Shown here: in pieces, positions 61,732 through 64,000 of the stretch
Layout of the letters: each line of letters begins with the position of its first letter
Position numbering within the stretch: position 1 is the first letter of the stretch
Source of the DNA: Selaginella moellendorffii
Taxonomy: Eukaryota; Plantae; Lycopodiophyta
Length of the DNA stretch: 64,000 bases
Direction: 5' to 3'
Assembly (NCBI RefSeq): GCF_000143415.4
Contig: NW_003314279.1
Span: 1,164,091-1,228,090 of the forward strand
Translations under genes and position numbers: made by a program
Notes under the pieces: model-generated
Told to the model about the DNA's origin: nothing
Database searches by the model: none
What the model saw: only the letters and a program-made list of their open reading frames with translations

Positions 61732-64000
61732 ATTGTAACTGGCGATGCTCAAAACATTCACTCAAGCCTAGAAACCAAACCAGAGGAGAGAAGGATTATA
61801 GGGATCCGCGCGCGGCGACCCACCTGTTTGTAGAAAACCCGCTGCTGCCTCCGCTTGACCGGAACCTACTCGTCCCAGCCAGTCAAAATTTAGCTGCCAT
61901 AGCAAATGCTTTAACAGGTCAAATAATTCTAAATAGCTTTTCCCCTTTTAAGCTATTTCTGGTTCGAATCTCTTAGAATATTCTTAAAATAATTGATTTA
62001 TACTTATTTATTAAAAAGAGAATAATTAATGAGATTGATAGTCACTCAATTATAGCCAAACTTTACTGAAAAACATCTTAGATTTATGATGTTGATATAT
62101 TTATTTCTAGCTAAAAACATTTTATTTTCATACTCAAAAGTTTTGGGATTTAAAATTTTGGTATGTTTAAACCTTACATCTCAAGGAAAAGGTTTAGATT
62201 TACTGCAAAAATAATATAGAGAAAAGCAAGTGTACAATTATTTTATTTTATTCATTGAAAACTATAAAGCCCAGAATGTTTTTTTTAATATTTTAAATAT
62301 TAAGCCTTATATAAAAATTAATATAAAATTAAATTATTTTTTCAATGTTTTATACCAAGTTTTGATAAACTTTCATATTGGAAAACTGTTTTACTAAACA
62401 AAAGTAAACATATTTATCACAACTAAAGTTAATAGCATTAATTTATTTATAACTGCAACCACAAATCCTCTCACTTAATATGATAAAGTTATTATTTATA
62501 AAATCTAGTGTTGCTAAATTATTTATGTTTTAAGAAATTTAAGATAAAACATATACTATTTATATATAGTAATAATAATAAATTTGCTTCCCAATAGTAT
62601 GATCATGACTAAGAATGACACATATTATGCACACAAAAGAAGAATACTCAATTCTATAGCTTTACTCATTATTATATCTATGTCAATTTAGTTTTTTTTT
62701 ACACAACTTTAATAGTCCTTTGTGTGATATTTTATTAGATCTTGAGTAAGTCTATATATTAAGTCCCTTATTATAACTTTTGTGAAAATTTCTGTTTACA
62801 TTTTTTATTTCACAAAATATTATAATGTACGCAATCATGTTTTGAATTCTATAATGGTAATCAAAATGTGATTATGTCCATTATAAAATTGACATTGGAA
62901 CATGCAACATATGAAAATATTTCATACTACATATACAACCAACCATCTAAATACTCTTTTTTAAGTGAATCTATTCAATCCTCAATAGCTATGGTTAGGC
63001 TAGGAAATCCCATTTTTCATCAAATGGAAATCCCTCAAAATCAACTAGGAATGTCCAAAGAACACATTTGCAACTAGTAACAGTCCACACTTTCTTCCCA
63101 TTTTTATTTTTCTACCCAAGCTATACTCTTTCTCAATCAATGCTTTTAGCCTATCACTTGTTAAAGGAATTTTGTTTTTTTCCTCTTCGAAGTTGGAGTA
63201 CCTAATTTACAGTAGCTTTGGGCATGCTCAATAAAATAGTGTATATGTTTGCAAGTATCCCAAATTCCTTAACATTACTACTAGAAGATCACAAGAACAA
63301 TCAAGAAGAGGGAAAGATCCATGATATGCAAAAATTTAAGTGTTTACTTAAGCCACAGAATGTGTACCTTGTTGATAATAACAATGTATATATAGTTGAG
63401 ATGTGATTGAAAGAGCAACAAGCAAAAACAATAACTTTCTCCCTTTTGCTTTTGTTTGGTCAAACTTAGGCCCTAAAGCTAGTGAAATTATATAGCCAAA
63501 TGAATTTTCCTATGTTGTAAAGAAGTTTTCAAAGAAAGTTTTACATGTAAATATTCTTTTTGGTATCACACTCAAGTGTTTTAACAATTCAAAATATCAA
63601 TGTGTTTTTTAAAATACTTGATTTACTAGATTCTATGCCCTATATCTCCCCAAATTTAATTAGGTTATTAGATTAACTTGAAGTCAAAGCCATCTTTTAT
63701 TCTTTTTTCTTTAGTATTATATTAGTAGTTTTATTTTTTTTCTCTTATTTTAACAATGAGCTCATGAAAATATATATTAAATTTAAAATAAAAAAATACA
63801 ATTTTTATATATCAAAATTATTAGTATTTATTTAGTTATTTATTACAAACCTTATTTACATTTTTTTTTCTCCATATAAATTTATGTGCAACTAAATTTC
63901 TAAAAACATTATTTTTATTTATAGAACATTAAAATAAAGTAGTAAACAAAATATTATAGTTCCAAAATAATACTTATCTACTTTTAAAGAATAGCATTTC

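Overview
Compact land-plant nuclear DNA. Gene islands have ~45-70 nt introns and very short intergenic spacers, separated by AT-rich, CpG-poor decayed repeat blocks. This style fits a lycophyte such as Selaginella (inference). The left part holds a young, full-length Ty3/gypsy chromovirus (4289-11823; LTRs about 99% identical, GGTGG target-site duplication, tRNA-iMet PBS) nested in an older decayed gypsy element. The standout observation is that this retrotransposon appears to carry host-sized spliceosomal introns. Two GT-AG introns split the integrase, and the first lies just before the catalytic Glu and contains a stop. A candidate 5'-leader intron would excise the primer-binding site, and a candidate gag/protease intron would switch between Gag and Gag-Pol. 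Together these suggest splicing separates mRNA from genomic RNA. The rest of the window contains: a duplicated novel gene with an HSP20/alpha-crystallin domain, an ecdysoneless pseudogene, a VIT1-like gene, a CAAX protease, CAC3/accA, SGR6/MROH1, an EF-hand gene, LIP1, COA6, an F-box gene, an RFC1-like gene, PnsB5, an NSP2-like GRAS gene with two MIR171 hairpins directly upstream, an intronless Crinkler-type NTPase+REase gene, and EPSPS. All calls come from reading the sequence by eye; boundaries of multi-exon genes are approximate.
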